A stretch of 64,000 bases of DNA from Octopus vulgaris (taxonomy: Eukaryota), in assembly GCA_951406725.2 (NCBI GenBank), contig OX597819.1, forward strand, positions 89,094,001-89,158,000. Direction: 5' to 3'. The notes under the pieces were generated by a model. It saw only the letters and a list, made by a program, of their open reading frames with translations. It searched no databases and was not told the DNA's origin. Positions 26,773-41,204 of the stretch are shown here, in pieces (positions within the stretch are counted from its first letter, which is position 1; every line of letters starts with the position of its first letter). The position numbers and the translations under genes were made by a program.

Positions 26773-27445
26773 ATATTAGAAGAAAAATATATTATAGTAC
26801 CAGCAGATAAAGCAGCAGGGAATTTTGTGATTATATGTAAGAAATACTATCTAACGATGCTAGAAGATGACACAGGGTTAGAGAGTGATTTTAGCTTTAA
26901 AGCTAATAGTATTTATATGCTGGTCACTGAGAGTATGAATGGTTTAATAGGGAAATTAATATCTGAAGTGGGAAGGTTGAGTGGTTTCAGAGAAGAGAAG
27001 AAGGACACCGTTATACTAAAACTACATATGGTCCCTATAAGTGTAAATTTATTGCAGGAGCTAGAAAATGTACCAATAAACAGGTATCTTAGTTAATGAT
27101 GCATCAAATGTTATTAGATTGGTCTTTATGAGATACTGTAAAGGATTTTTGTCTTTATTATTTGGATGTTAACTTATTCTGGAGTATTGGGTCCACTAAG
27201 GAGATTTTAGATAAGCTCCAAAAGGTTAATGCAGTTCAAACTATGCACACGAGTGAGTTCACGATACTGTAATACAAATCAAGATTTGAAAATGGGAGAA
27301 GAGAGTTTATTTAGAATATTTGATACAGTGTTAGGTCAGGGTTATAAATATGTTTCCATTAAAAATGGTGGCTATTTTTTTTTTTTATCCAAGAATAGGA
27401 TTGATTAAAGAGGGTGATTAATTTTATTATTAATGATGCATATTC
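26773..27445 (+). pseudogene. Penelope-like element reverse transcriptase fragment, decayed
   Basis: YIIVPADKAAGNFVIICKKYY ... LKLHMVP / YKCKFIAGARKCTNK ... WSIGSTKEILDKL ... HTSEFTIL correspond to the PLE DKAxNN, PKLHK, RFIA and DFSTLY motifs; frameshifts and stops present. Confidence 0.8.
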
Positions 27446-28360
27446 TGTTAGGATATTTGGACAAATTTTAGTTTAGCTTTCTAAGTGATTTATACTAACA
27501 GAGAAAGTTTCTGCTAATCCAATGCCAAAATGATTAAAAGACAAAGTTGACCTCAGCTGAATTTGAACTCAAAACTCAGAGACCTGCAACAAATACCACA
27601 AGGTATCTTAACTGATACTCTAATGATTGTTTCAATTCATCACCTTTAATCATTAGTCTGTTCAATCAGGGCCAGTTTTGGAGCTAAATATAAACTGAAA
27701 TGATTGATTTCAAAAATAGTCTTCAACAGCTGAAAATGGTTAAAAATGTTTCTTTTTTTTTACACTTTGTTAAAGAGGAAATACACCATAACAATGCCAG
27801 ACTTTATGGAATAACGTCTTTATGTGTTGGTTCTGTTTGTCTAATCACACATTCCTTAATAGGAAATGTTTCATGTGTTGTTGAAGACAGCAAAAGGTAA
27901 ATACAAAATGCAGGAAAAACTTCTCAAATAGTTTTGCTAATCAAAAGTAAAGAAATGAATACAAACAAGTTTTTTTTTATCCTTTTTTCTTTGGTGGGCT
28001 GGAGGTAGATTCCTTTGATTTTATATATATATATATATATATATATACATGCACATATATACATGTACACACATATATTTACACACACACACACACACAT
28101 ATATACATGTACACACATATATATGCACACATATATACATACACATGTGCACACTTACATATATAGACATGATTGTACACATATATATATATATGCTCAC
28201 AGACACACAAACACATTCTTCCTACAACCAGCATCAACTCAAAAGTGTTTAGAATCAAGTGTAGTTCTATAATGTTTCTTGATATCAAGGAAACTGTGAT
28301 AATAAACAAGCAAACCAGTACCACTCACTACCTCTGCTAATCTCTTCTCTTTAGGCATGC

Positions 28361-28497
<137 letters not shown>

Positions 28498-28849
28498 TGG
28501 AAGCCAATGTTTTTGTCATTCCTTAGAAAATACATCTCCGATAACAAAAAGGAACATGAGAAGGCATATGGAAGTCGATACAAAATATAATATTTCTAGT
28601 ATTTCCTGACAAAAGTGATATCACTTAAAAGAGTTAGTTGTTCACTTTGACTAAGATTTCAGCAACTACAAAAAGATATATATATATAAGAAAAAACATA
28701 AAATATAAATAAAAAATATATGAACAAGTGAAGTTGTAAGTAAAGAAACTCTATTTCAGTTCCTTTAACTCAACACGAATCAAATAAATCAACCATTTCA
28801 TGATATATGTATACGTACAAACAGGTGTAGGTCTATGTGTGTCTATATA

Positions 28850-29105
28850 TGTATGTGTGTCCATATACACACACACACACATATATATATAATAAACATG
28901 TGTATGTGTGTGTGTGTGTGTAATAAACATGTGTATGTATGTGCGTGTGTGTATATATAAATATATAAAATAAACATGAGTATGTGTGTGTATACATATA
29001 TATAGGTATATGTAAAAATGTGTGTGTGTATATACATATAAATATATATAATAAAAATGAGTATGTGTGTGTATACATATATACATATATATAGGTATAT
29101 GTAAA

Positions 29106-29139
<34 letters not shown>

Positions 29140-29225
29140 ATAAAAATGAGTATGTGTGTGTATACATATATACATATATATAGGTATATGTAAATATGTG
29201 TGTGTGTGTATATATATATATATAT
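28850..29225. repeat. TA/TG microsatellite with 3 higher-order units of ~80-100 bp
   Basis: atgagtatgtgtgtgtatacatata...ggtatatgtaaa repeats three times. Confidence 0.85.
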
Positions 29226-29690
29226 CCTACATCAGTATTTCATGTACTACCATTAGCTGAAAAATGAGGTACTTAGTAAGCATAAATAAATGTGTACTAC
29301 TAACATTTTAGACATTAAATATTTCATACAAGAATTTCCTTTACCAAGTAACATATCACAGGATTTCACATCAAGACTAAACTCAAAACTGATACGAGTC
29401 CAGATATTTATTTACAACCCATGCTACTTTGGGAATTCTTTTGGGCTGTCAATCTTGGCCACATTATGTGCATGAGCTGTGCCAATCACAACTTTTGCTT
29501 ACATTTTAAAAATAGCTTTACTCTTTTAATATCAGCAACTCAAATGGAGAAGTTGAGCAAACCTTGAAAAATTACTGCTATGAAAATAAAGAATCCGGTA
29601 GGTTCAATTTTCATCTCAAGGTGTCAAAACTATTTTCATGGAGCCTGACTTCAATAATGGGACTAAATATATGTACATATATGTACTATA

Positions 29691-29863
29691 GGTGCAGGTG
29701 TGGCTGTGTGGCAAGTAGCTTGCTTACCAACCACATGGTTCTGGGTTCAATCCCACTGCGTGGCACCTCAAGTGTCTTCTACTATAGCCTTGGGCCAACC
29801 AAAGCCTTGTGAGTGGATTTGGTAGACGGAAACTAAAAGAAGCCCATCATATATATGTATGTG

Positions 29864-29898
<35 letters not shown>

Positions 29899-30083
29899 AT
29901 GTTTGTGTGTCTGTGTTTGTCCCCCCAACATCACTTGACAACCGGTGCTGGTGTGTTTACGTCCCCGTAACTTAGCAGTTCAGCAACAGAGACCGATAGA
30001 ATAAGTACTAGGCTTACAAAGAATAAGTCCTAGAGGCGATTTGCTCAACTAAAGGCAGTGCTCCAGCATGGCTGAAGTCAGAG
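29691..30083 (+). mobile_element. SINE family A
   Basis: Head-to-tail match. Confidence 0.9.
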
Positions 30084-30129
30084 TATAAAATGAGAGGTTT
30101 CCTCTTTAACAAGTCATACCTATATTTTA

Positions 30130-30762
30130 TATCTTTCACCTGTTACAGATATTGGATTGTGGCCGTGCTGGAGCAACACCTTAAAAAGTTTAGTCCAGTG
30201 GTTCTCAACCATTTTCTGTCTATGGACTCTTTTGATTCCTGGTTTTCTCTGCTGGTCTCTATAGCCATTCGATGTAGATAAAGAAAAACCTACAGCATTT
30301 TTATAATTAAATATTATTAGGAATTATACAAAAGAATTGTTGAAATGATTTATGTATTGTAGAAGTATAAATATTTTTTTTTTAACAGCAAATCTTCTGT
30401 GAACTCCCAGGGACCATGTGGAACCCAGTTGGGAAACACTGGTTCGGTCAAACAAATCAATCCCAGGACATTTTTTTGTTTTATATATATATATATATTG
30501 GTACTTATTGGAGCTAAATACAAACTGAAATGATTGATTTCAAAAATAGTCTTCAACAGTTGAAAATGGTTGAAAATGGTTAAAAATTTTACAATTTGTT
30601 AAAAAAAGAGGAAATACTGCTACATTACACGGATGTAAACAAACCAACACTGGTTATCAAGTGGTAGTTGTGAACAAACACCTGAGTGCATGCATGCGCA
30701 TGTGTACACACGTGCACATGCATGTACAAACACACACACGCACAACAGGTTTCTACACAATA
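30130..30762 (-). mobile_element. SINE family A, interrupted by a hAT MITE and a copied local segment
   Basis: SINE pieces at 30130-30195, 30450-30508 and 30628-30762. Confidence 0.65.
30196..30441. mobile_element. hAT (Charlie-like) MITE
   Basis: TIRs cagtggttctcaac / gttgggaaacactg; 8-bp TSD gtttagtc / gttcggtc (6/8 match). Confidence 0.85.
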
Positions 30763-32539
30763 TTTGTCAAAGGAATATGATCAACTAAAAACCGTTGAAA
30801 GGAGAGTCCCAGCAGGACCAAAGTCCAAGTCCTGAAACCAATAAAAGAATAAAGTGTGTGCATGTGTGTGTGCATGTGTGTGTGCATGCACATGTGTCTG
30901 TATGTCTATTATACATATGAACATTATTATTAAAACATATCAGCTGAAGACATGCCTAGGTAGAAAGTAAGAAATTGCGAGGAAGTTAAGGAGGACTTGA
31001 ACTCTTACTCCTTAGGTTAATGCCTATTTTTCCTGACTGACTTAATTAGACTATTCACATTTTGCTCTTTCTCTTAAAAGCTTTGTTATAGTCTGAAAGT
31101 TTGATAAGGTTTCACTTGGATTATTTTCACTGCCAATGAAAAGAAGTGCAACCAGGAGACTCCATGTCTATTCCTGTCACAATTACTTCAGTTTGCATAG
31201 ATAGCCAAAAACAAGATGAATACACACACACACCACTATTACCTATAGAGAAACACACACATGTATACACACACACACACACACACACATATATACATAG
31301 ACAACTATACATCACCACTATCACCACATATAGGCAATGCACACACTGCAATAAAAGCAAATAATTACTTTATCTCCAAGGCCAGATGAGATTTATGGTC
31401 AATTAAGTAGCAGTAGCCAATATGATGAAGAGCAGGGATGTTATGAAATAGGAGCAGAGGAATATCCACAACAAACTTACAAACACTATATCCCCGCTAT
31501 GATTTCAACTAAAGCAGTATAATTAAATTAACTAAGAGTTTGATAGATAATTATCAAATAATGACTTTGCTTGTGTCTTTAATTAAGCAGAGATACCTAT
31601 TGTGGTGTGTGTGTGTGAAAAAAAAAGGGGGGCGGGGGTCAGGGAGAGGAAATGTAATAAAGCAATGTAATGAACTCCAGTATATTACAGATACTTCAGT
31701 TATTCACTTCTGGACAGATGTAAAGCAACAGGTTGCTTTCCAGATAGAATTTTAACACAGGCAGAAAAATTCCAATGTGAACATAATAAGCTATCTTACA
31801 CTATAGATTAGTGGTTCTTAAACTGGAATGGTAAGCCATCCCCACTCCCATCCCTTAGGAGTATTGTGAGTTCAGTTTATACTGGACTGTGGCCATGCTG
31901 GAGCACCACATCGAATGGTTTAGTCAAACAAATTGACACCAGTACTTGAATTTTTCTTTTTTAAATCTGGTACTTATTCTATTGCTCTCTTTTGCCAAAC
32001 TGCTAAGTTAAAATGTAAACAAACCAACACAAGTTTATCAAGCACTGACAGTGGTGGACAACACATAGACACACATGTGGTGGGCTAACACAGTTTCACT
32101 TGGTTGTAGTGTGTGACGATAGAGTAAGATTTGAAGGATGGGGGAGAGGGTTAGTTGCTATTTCTAACAGGTCAAAAGACAATATACAGGCTTCCACTCA
32201 CTTTGCTTGCCTGTTATGTTACCAATCAGAGTTGGGTGAAATGATAAAGTTAGTCCTGGACAGGATTTGAACTCAGAATATGGAGATATGAAATTAAATA
32301 CTGATAGGCATACACTTTATCAGACTCTTTTACAACTAAAACAGTAAACCAAAGAAAAGAACCAGAAGACAATAAAGCACTTTTCTTTTCATATAATGTA
32401 TCATTCACTTGCCACATTACTTCCTTTCATTTTTTTTTTTTTTTCCACTGCAAGATAATATAGTCATTTCCCTTTACTTCTCTCTTCAGTAATTGTAAGT
32501 AGTCTCAAATCCTAGGACTGATAAGATTGGTTATCTGGT

Positions 32540-32735
32540 TTTTATGGCATATATGTAACAGAGAACATAACATTCCTTCCCGAATGGAAAGCCAATCTAT
32601 AGCAGCAAAATGGGCTGAAGCAACAAAGAATATGGCATTTTGCTCAAGAACACAACAAATTGTTTGGTCTGAGAACTGGAACCACAATCTTGCAATCATG
32701 AGTGCAACACTCTAACCACTAAGCTATGGGTCTTC
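32540..32735 (-). mobile_element. tRNA-derived SINE, family D
   Basis: Reverse complement of the cttagtggttagagtgttgcactcatgattgcaag head. Confidence 0.7.
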
Positions 32736-33834
32736 ACTACCTTCAGAATTAGAAACAATCAATGATAAAAGTAAAAAGCATAGAACATGAAAATTAAAAT
32801 CCTTTTAAAATTGAATATTATTATATGTTTGCAAAAAGAATTCTTTTTTCATTCTCATCAAATACATTTTGATATATGTGTATTTCATCGGCAAGCTTCG
32901 TGGATGATTATATCTATATAAACAGCGAATTTAAGTTAAAGCTAAGTTCTTCAAAGTTTACACCAATAAAGCTATACAGATTAAAATGAAATGAAATAGA
33001 TAAGAGAATAGAGATGCTAACACTTTTCATTTGTTCTTTACTTCTTTGACATCAACGACACTGTTGAAAAGAAATGTCACAAAAGGTAAGAAAGACAAAA
33101 CATGACAGATACACACTATATCTTTTGGAATTTATTGTATTTCTCTTTTCAAGTTTTAACCTTAGAAATGATTTTTACTGTCTGATGAACAGATTTGAGC
33201 AAAATCAAAATGTCACGTCCAAGGGCAACATTTCAAAAGTATATCTATCTGTAGATGATTCCAGAATCAGATTGGATTTTTATTTTATAAACAGTATCTA
33301 CTTCATTTTTGTGAAATGCAATTTCTGAAGATTGATGTTGAGGTTATTTAAATCAAAAGAGCAAAAGTGTTCAAGTTACCACAGTGACAAAGTGTCAACC
33401 AGAGGTCTAGGCACAAGTAGGAAGATTGGTAAGATCTTTTTTTAGATCTTTGTCAAAGAATTAATTTATTTCTTATTTATATTTTACTCAGAGCAAAAAC
33501 AAAAAAAAAAAGAATACTTACATTTACTGGATAGCAAATTTCTATAACATATCAATTTTTTTCATAGTTTCTCTTCAAAAATAAACACAGTTTTTGTTTT
33601 TTTTTATCATTTATGGAATCAAAGAGGTGAATCATCAAAAATGGTGGAATCCAGGTTAAATCCTTCTAAATACTTATCTTATTTACATTGTGTATAACGT
33701 TAGAAATATAATATCAAAACTATAAGGGTTCAAAGTTGCAAAGCAACATTATATTGAGGTGTGAAAAACAATAAACACAACAAGCCTGTGAAACAAAGCT
33801 ACCAAAAGTGATAGCCTGACATAGCCTAACATCT

Positions 33835-33888
<54 letters not shown>

Positions 33889-34859
33889 TTATGTATGTAT
33901 ATGCTTCATTGTCAGCTACTATGAAACAGCATATGTGTATATGTGTAGTGAAGAATACATCAAATGACAAATGTGAATTCTGTTAGCATACTGGTGGCGC
34001 TTGTTTATAACACTGTTGTTTAAAAGTGATTGAGTTAATTTAAAAGATGACAGTTGAAAATATGAATGTTGCATTACTGATGTACACTAGCAGCAAAAAA
34101 AAAAAAAGAAAAAATAGTATATTCAGGATATACTGTTATGATAAAAAGTATGGAAGTGAAAATGATATTATATTAGGACCATCTTCAAAAAACAAACAAT
34201 AGTGATGACTGTATTTTGAAGGATGTAGAGGATGCATTATCACATGATCATGTGACTGATCAGGCTATCAGATGTTGTTACACATCACTGGTGACAATGC
34301 GCTTTTGCAATGTGTTTTAGCCTTCAAATGATGTCGCCCCACTGGCTAGGAAAACAGGCCAACATTCCCCCCCGATTGGAGGGAGACTGGAACAACATGA
34401 AATAAAGTGCTTTGCTGAAGAAGTTTTGTGTGACCCTTGCAAACATGGAAAGTAAAAAGTGGCACGGGTGCAGGAGAGATTGATGAGGATTAGGAGGATG
34501 ACAACTGCATTATTTGTAAGTAAATAGGATCAAATACCAGAAATATATTACAACAAATTCAACAACTCTATATATTTTAGTTGTCAACATTCTTCAAGTT
34601 CAAAACCTAACACTAACAATTTTGTCTTTTAATCCTTCCATAATCAATAAAATAGTAGTTCACTATTGATTAAACAATTTTAATTAACTATTAATTAAAC
34701 TGATGTTGAGTCAATCAACATCTCTCTGGAAATCTGTGGCCTGGGTAGAGTGGATTTAGTAGATGTAAACTGAAAGAATCCTGTCATATGTACATACACA
34801 CACACACACACACATATATATATAAAGGCAAGGATTAAGAAAAAAATATTTTCATTTTT

Positions 34860-35252
34860 AGGAGTGGCTGTGTAGTAAGTAGCTCGTTTACCAACCACAT
34901 GGTTCTGGGTTCAGTCCCACTGCATGGCACCTTGGGCAAGTGTTTTCTACTATAGCCTCAGGCCAACCAAAGCCTTGTGAGTGGATTTGGTAGACGGAAA
35001 CTGAAAGAAGCCCATCATATATATGCATATATATAAGTACGTGTGTGTATATGTTTGTGTGTCTTTGCCCCCCCCACATCACTTGACAACCGATGCTGAT
35101 GTGTTTACGTCCTCATAACTTAGCGGTTCAGCAAAAGATACCGATAGAATAAGTACTAGGCTTACAAAGAATAAGTCCTGGGGTCGATTTGCTCGACTAA
35201 AGGCAGTGCTCCAGCATGGCCACAGTCAAATGACTGAAACCAGTAAAAGAGT
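34860..35252 (+). mobile_element. Full-length young SINE, family A
   Basis: Head-to-tail match. Confidence 0.9.
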
Positions 35253-36612
35253 AATTATGGCAAAATGATGTTTCCATATTTAACAAAAAAGCTGCAGATA
35301 AAAGCCTTTTTTTTTAGTTATTAAAAAAAAAATCATATTTAGTATGGTATTATTATCCATATACACCATTAGTAAACTTTCTGCAGACATCAAGCCCAAT
35401 ACAAACACACACAATCATAGAAAGGAAAGAAAATGACAAACAACTTAAGTTTAATGTGTTCAAGAATGGTAACATAGTTCTACTGAAATACGGTTGTTAC
35501 ACCCAAGAACAGAGAACTGAAGATAGGATGACATTTAATCTCAGCTATATATTGCCTAAGCAATTATGTGTGTGTGTGTGTGTGTGTGTGTCTTTTACAT
35601 AAGCCTGCTTATGTAAAAGAAGTTCACAGGATATGCGAATCTGTATGCGATGCGTGTTCATGTTTATATACATGTATGAATTATGAATATAAATATATTA
35701 ACTCGTGTGTGTATGTATGTGAGTGTGCATGTATATGTGTGTGCGTGTATGTGTATATGTGTGTGTGTGTGCATATATTTGTGTGTATGCAACATATGCA
35801 ATTTATAGACCACAAGCAGTGTATATCACAGTTTCACCCATTAATCACTAAACGTTAACACACACAGACACATACAAATATAGAGATATGCATATGAAAG
35901 TCTGTATATTCTAACACAAATATGTACACACACACACATAAAGACAATTTTGTTTTACCATTAAGATATTTGTAAAATCTAAATAAAGCTATATTTTTTA
36001 TTTGCTTTTTTCTTTTTTTTTTTGGTTTCGTCATTTTTTTGTTCAAAGGGAATGGGTAAGATCTCATCACGTACACAAACATCTCCATAATATTAAAGTT
36101 ATATAACACTCTATAAAGCATGTGAATTAATTCTCCATTAGAATGAATATATAATGGACCTTGCTCTAAAATAATTTTCGGGTTATAAAAACTCTTCAAT
36201 ATCAAACATATGCAACTGAGAATTGAAGGAATTATTTTGGCGTTGTAAATGGTTTTTATTCAACTACAGAACCATTAGAGCTTACGTACTCAAACCACGC
36301 CGACACCAGCAGCTATGACGAAGTGTCTCTTATCTTTTTATCTTTCACTTCTTTCAGTCATTGGACTATGACGGCCATGCTGGGACACCACCTTGAAGGG
36401 GTTTTTAGTCAAAGAAATTGACCCAGCCATCCTCCACCAGCACCATCACCATCGCCAGTATTTATTTCCTTTCTTTTTCTAAGGCTGGTGCTTGTTCTAA
36501 GAGTCTCTTTTTGTCAAACCACTAAGTTGCTGGGATGTAAACAAACTGACACCAGCTGATAAAAAGTGAGGAAAGGGAAGGGTGGATCAAACACAAAGCA
36601 TACATACACGTA

Positions 36613-36648
<36 letters not shown>

Positions 36649-36954
36649 TGCACACATTGTGTGTATATATCCTTTTACTTAATTCAGTCATTTGTCTGCG
36701 GCCATGCTGGAGCACTGCAAAATTTTCACTGTTACCCAGTTTTACGCTCCCATTTGTCAGTTGTGATGAGAGAGATGGATGGATGGATAGATACTGCCGA
36801 CGTAATAGGAAACGTACAAAAGATTTTAAACTTAATCACGTGTTTATTCTTTACAAAGACTTGACAGAAAACATTCAGAACATTGATTATTTGGTACTAA
36901 CACTAGACTTGTTCAGTCAACCATGTCAGCCTTAACTTACAACGCTAAACATTG

Positions 36955-36993
36955 TCACTTGATACTAACACATGGACGGACGTAGCAGGGAAC
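36955..36993 (-). CDS. Candidate terminal coding exon (VPCYVRPCVSIK*), host gene unknown
   Basis: Acceptor tttttatag|; phase-compatible with the 37720-37769 exon; AATAAA on the minus strand at 36848-36843. No recognised homology. Confidence 0.2.
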   Translation of the reverse strand, partial: VPCYVRPCVSIK

Positions 36994-37719
36994 CTATAAA
37001 AATTTCTAAGACCAGTCATATAACTATCCTCTACGAATCAAATACTAATCAAAATATACACAAATTTGAGCCATGAACTCCCTAAAAAAATAGGACAAGC
37101 TTCAAAGACTAGTCAGAAGCAAAGCAGCTGTGACATAAGCTATGTCTTTCTATTTCAAATTTCTGAAAATCAGTGTAAACTGTGAAACCGGTTAAATCTC
37201 ACTGCATGACACTTGCTCAAGTGTCATGCAGTGAGACTAAACCTGGAACCATGTGTTTGGGAAATGAACTTCTTACTACACACACACACACACACACCTA
37301 TATATGTTCATTGAGTACTATGTTAGTTGGCATTAACCATGTAACACCAAGATGCACACACATACACTCAAACTGAGAGAGAGAGAGAGAGAGAGTCTGA
37401 TCTTACCAAAAGTGAATGAGATTCATCTTCTGATGGTCAACTCCCCCAGTTTCTCAGCAACAGTTATAACCCCAGAACTTCTTTAAGGCTGGTGGCTCTC
37501 AACTGTTTGTAGACCAATGAAAGGTGTTTTACAAATACCTTCTCTAGATATTTTGCGAGACAAGATTAGCATAGCTGGAAGGCTTTTACTCAAAAGTCTG
37601 TTCAGTTTGGGATGACTTGAGGACAACCAACAACAAGTGTATCTGTTAAGGGCACCAGTGAGATAAAGACGAGTATAGCAACGACCAAACTAAAAACATT
37701 ATGAGGTAAACTGACTTAC

Positions 37720-37769
37720 AACAGTATTAGTACCAGATCTATGCACTGTCATGTTAAACATGAACATAT
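37720..37769 (-). CDS. Candidate 50-nt internal exon (xMFMFNMTVHRSGTNTV), host gene unknown
   Basis: Acceptor ttgccttctctag| and donor |gtaagt; a single open frame ends on a codon boundary. Confidence 0.3.
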
Positions 37770-38374
37770 CTAGAGAAGGCAAATAATAACTTGGTATAAT
37801 AATAACAATAATCAGAATAAAAATAGTGATAACAATAGTTATGATCTTATTTATGAAAAAACTAATTAAGGACTTATATATGATGATCATCACAAGCAGA
37901 GGCGACATTTTGACTAGATTCTCAGCAATTAAATATCAACAACGAAATAAAAAATATTAAGTATGAAAACTATGTTTTAATTAACATAATTATAACATCA
38001 GTTTAATGTTTTGCATTAAAAAAAAAATAAAACAAAAACAATAATAAATAATAACAATAGTAATAAAAATAAATCTGTTTAGAATGAAGATACTACTTTG
38101 GTTATCATTTCTCTTCATTCCCATGTCTCAAATTTTATAAAATGATAAAACTACAATTGCTTAAAAAAGTCTCAATTGTTAGTTATACCATTCATAATGC
38201 AACAGTCAGGGGTAATTTAAAATCGATCGAATAAAAAGCAATAAAATACATGTATATGAATGCATATCTGCTTACACTGATACATCTATCTATTTATATA
38301 TGTCTACACATGTATATATGTCTATACATATGTATATATGCCTGTACATATATAAGTCAATAAATAAGTTGATA

Positions 38375-38406
<32 letters not shown>

Positions 38407-38637
38407 CGTACGTGCATATGTGAAGGCACCCAACCAGCTGAGCCATTACTGCACCAGACAAAATGCTTGGTGGTGCTTCATCTGTTTTATGTTCTGAGTT
38501 CAAATTCCACCGAGGTTGACTTTATCTTTCATCCTTTCGGAGTTAGTAAAATAACTACGAGTTAAGTATTGTGGCTCAATGTAATTGAATAGGCCCCCTC
38601 CCCTAAAACTTCAGACCTTGCGCCTGTATTTGAAAAG

Positions 38638-38679
<42 letters not shown>

Positions 38680-38884
38680 AATCAATTAAAGCACACAGTA
38701 TGTCTACCTGCTTGAAATAACAGTCAAAACTCTTATTAAATCGCCATCGCCAAAAATGTATATAAATATATAAGTTATTATTTAAGTATTAGGTATGTAC
38801 CTAGTAGTTAGCCAATGAAGCATGTTTACTGCTTACAGCTACCCAACGTATATTCCATTTGCCATCCCTATATATATATATTAT

Positions 38885-38914
<30 letters not shown>

Positions 38915-38922
<8 letters not shown>

Positions 38923-39046
38923 GAAATTTACAGAAGACGGGTGTATGAACAAGTAGGAATATTAGTTTGACGCTCAGGAAAGTGAAAAAGTCTGTTTTTG
39001 TTTCGAGCCAATACTCTTCAACGAGCAAAAAAATGTTATGGATTTA

Positions 39047-39048
<2 letters not shown>
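38915..39048 (-). mobile_element. pLTR-like element in (TA)n with a degenerate HHR core
   Basis: Minus strand cgttga-a-gagtattggctc-GAAAC; architecture similar to 54025-54183; flanked by (TA)n. Confidence 0.55.
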
Positions 39049-39093
<45 letters not shown>

Positions 39094-39162
39094 CACACCC
39101 ACACACATACACACAGGTAGGTGACCAGGGAACCAGGTAGGCAGATAGATAGACATGTGTAA

Positions 39163-39395
39163 ACACGTGGTTTAGTGGTTAGGATGTTGGATTCGTGATC
39201 GTAAGGTTGTGGTTTTGATTCCTGGACCAGGGGGTGCATTGTGTTCTTAAGCAAAAGACTTCATTTCACATTGTTCCAGTCCACTCAGCTGCCAAAAATG
39301 TGTAATCGTGTGATGGATTGGCATCCCATCCAGGTGGGGAATTCATATGCCATGGAAACCAGCCCAAGTCAGTGTGACTTGAGAAGGTAATTTTA
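39163..39395 (+). mobile_element. tRNA-derived SINE, family D
   Basis: gtggtttagtggttaggatgttggattcgtgatcgtaaggttgtggttttgattcctggacc. Confidence 0.8.
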
Positions 39396-39443
39396 CCGCA
39401 CATTTATAGACACATACTGTTTTAATACAAGGTGATATATATT

Positions 39444-39859
39444 CTTATTTCTTTATTACCAACAAGGGGCTAAACATAGAGAGGACAAACAAGGACAGAC
39501 AAACGGATTAAGTCGATTACATTGACCCCAGTGCGTAACTGGTACTAAATTTATCAATCCCAAAAGGATGAAAGGCAAAGTCAACCTCGGCGGAATTTGA
39601 ACTCAGAACATAATGGCATACGAAATACCTATTTCTTTACAACCCACAAGGGGCTAAACACAGAGAGGACAAACAAGGACAGACAAACGGATTAAGTCAA
39701 TTATATCAACCCCAGTGTGAACTGGTACTTAATTTATCAACCCCAAAAGGATGAAAGGCAAAGTCGACCTTGGCGGAATTTGAACTCAGAACGTAACGGC
39801 AGACTAAATACCACTAAGCATTTCGCCTGGCGTGCTAACGATTCTGCCAGCTCACCACC
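39444..39859 (-). mobile_element. Two head-to-tail SINE family B copies
   Basis: A ~185-bp block is duplicated (39444-39628, 39629-39859). Confidence 0.9.
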
Positions 39860-40334
39860 TTATATATATTCTATCATGGTTATATATATTCTATCCAAAA
39901 TAAATATATTTTCCTTTTGTACCCATAATATCACTGTATATGATGATGTATGTTTTAAGGTTATTGAAGATCCGGTGATTTGGATGCATTTTTTTTTCTT
40001 TTTGTACCCTTTAAACTGTTTAAAAGTTACTGCATCTATATTTTTTAACTGTTTTGCAGTCTCTGCTCTGCTGAACCCTTCCTATTTTGAAAGTGAAAAA
40101 AATATATTAATTTTCATTTCCTGAGAAATAAAAATTATCTTTCTTGAGATTTGAAAATCCATTCAATCTCAAAAAAAAAAATGTTTAACAAAATGAAAAA
40201 AAAATTTAAAAAGATTAAATTTAACTGATGCATTAGTTTAGCATTTGGTCCACCTGACTATTGGAAGAAGCAAACTGAATGTAATAGAAAAGGAAAAGGA
40301 AAAACTGAAATAGAAATAATGAAACAGTCTTTGT

Positions 40335-40751
40335 ATATATACATACATACATACAGATACATATATATCCATACACACACGCACATATATATATATACAT
40401 ACACGCACATGTGTGTATAAATATATTCATATTCGTACATATATACATGTATATATTTACATACACACACATATCTACATACACGCACATATATACATAC
40501 ATGCATACATACACGCATATATATATGCATACATACACGCATATATATATGCATACATACAAGCACATATATACATATACATGCACACATATATATACAT
40601 GCATGCATGCACATATATATATGCATACATACAAGCACATATATACATATACACGCACACATATATACATGCATGCATGCATGCACATATATATATATAT
40701 ATATTCAAACGCACACACACACATATAAACATACATGCACATATATATATG

Positions 40752-40791
<40 letters not shown>

Positions 40792-40850
40792 TGTGCGCAC
40801 ATGCACACACACATGTATATATACACACATTCAGACACACACATACACCT
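40335..40850. repeat. Compound (CATA)/(TA)/(CA) satellite
   Basis: Read directly from the sequence. Confidence 0.9.
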
Positions 40851-41204
40851 CTCTTTCTCTCTCAGGATGGTAGGATGCATGCAATCTCTTAACAGGTCAA
40901 ACAACCACTTAAAAGTTCTCTTTTCTTGGCTTGTATGATTGCTTTATAATGTGGTCATTATTTCAACAAACTCCCCAAACAAGTGAGTAAAATACTTTGT
41001 GAAACGAAAGTAATGAAATTATTAAAGCAAACCCTTCCTGAACACACTAGAATAAAATATCCTGCAAAATAAGAGTAATGCAATCTGGCATCAAAGAACC
41101 TGAGAAGTTCCCACTCTCTCTCTTGTCCAAACCAAAATATATATACAGTGTTTTTGCAATAGTGGATCTTGAAACATAAAAAAAACTATAAATAATAGCA
41201 TCTT

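Noticed and set aside
30941-30972. CTGAAGA...GAAA motif
   Set aside because: No convincing stems I or III.
31430-31526. Possible second HINE terminus on the minus strand
   Set aside because: Only one end is recognisable; no 3' hairpin found.
40240-40310. Strong minus-strand acceptor-like pyrimidine tracts
   Set aside because: No good donor and only very short open frames.
40233-40938. ORFs up to 223 aa
   Set aside because: Microsatellite artefacts.
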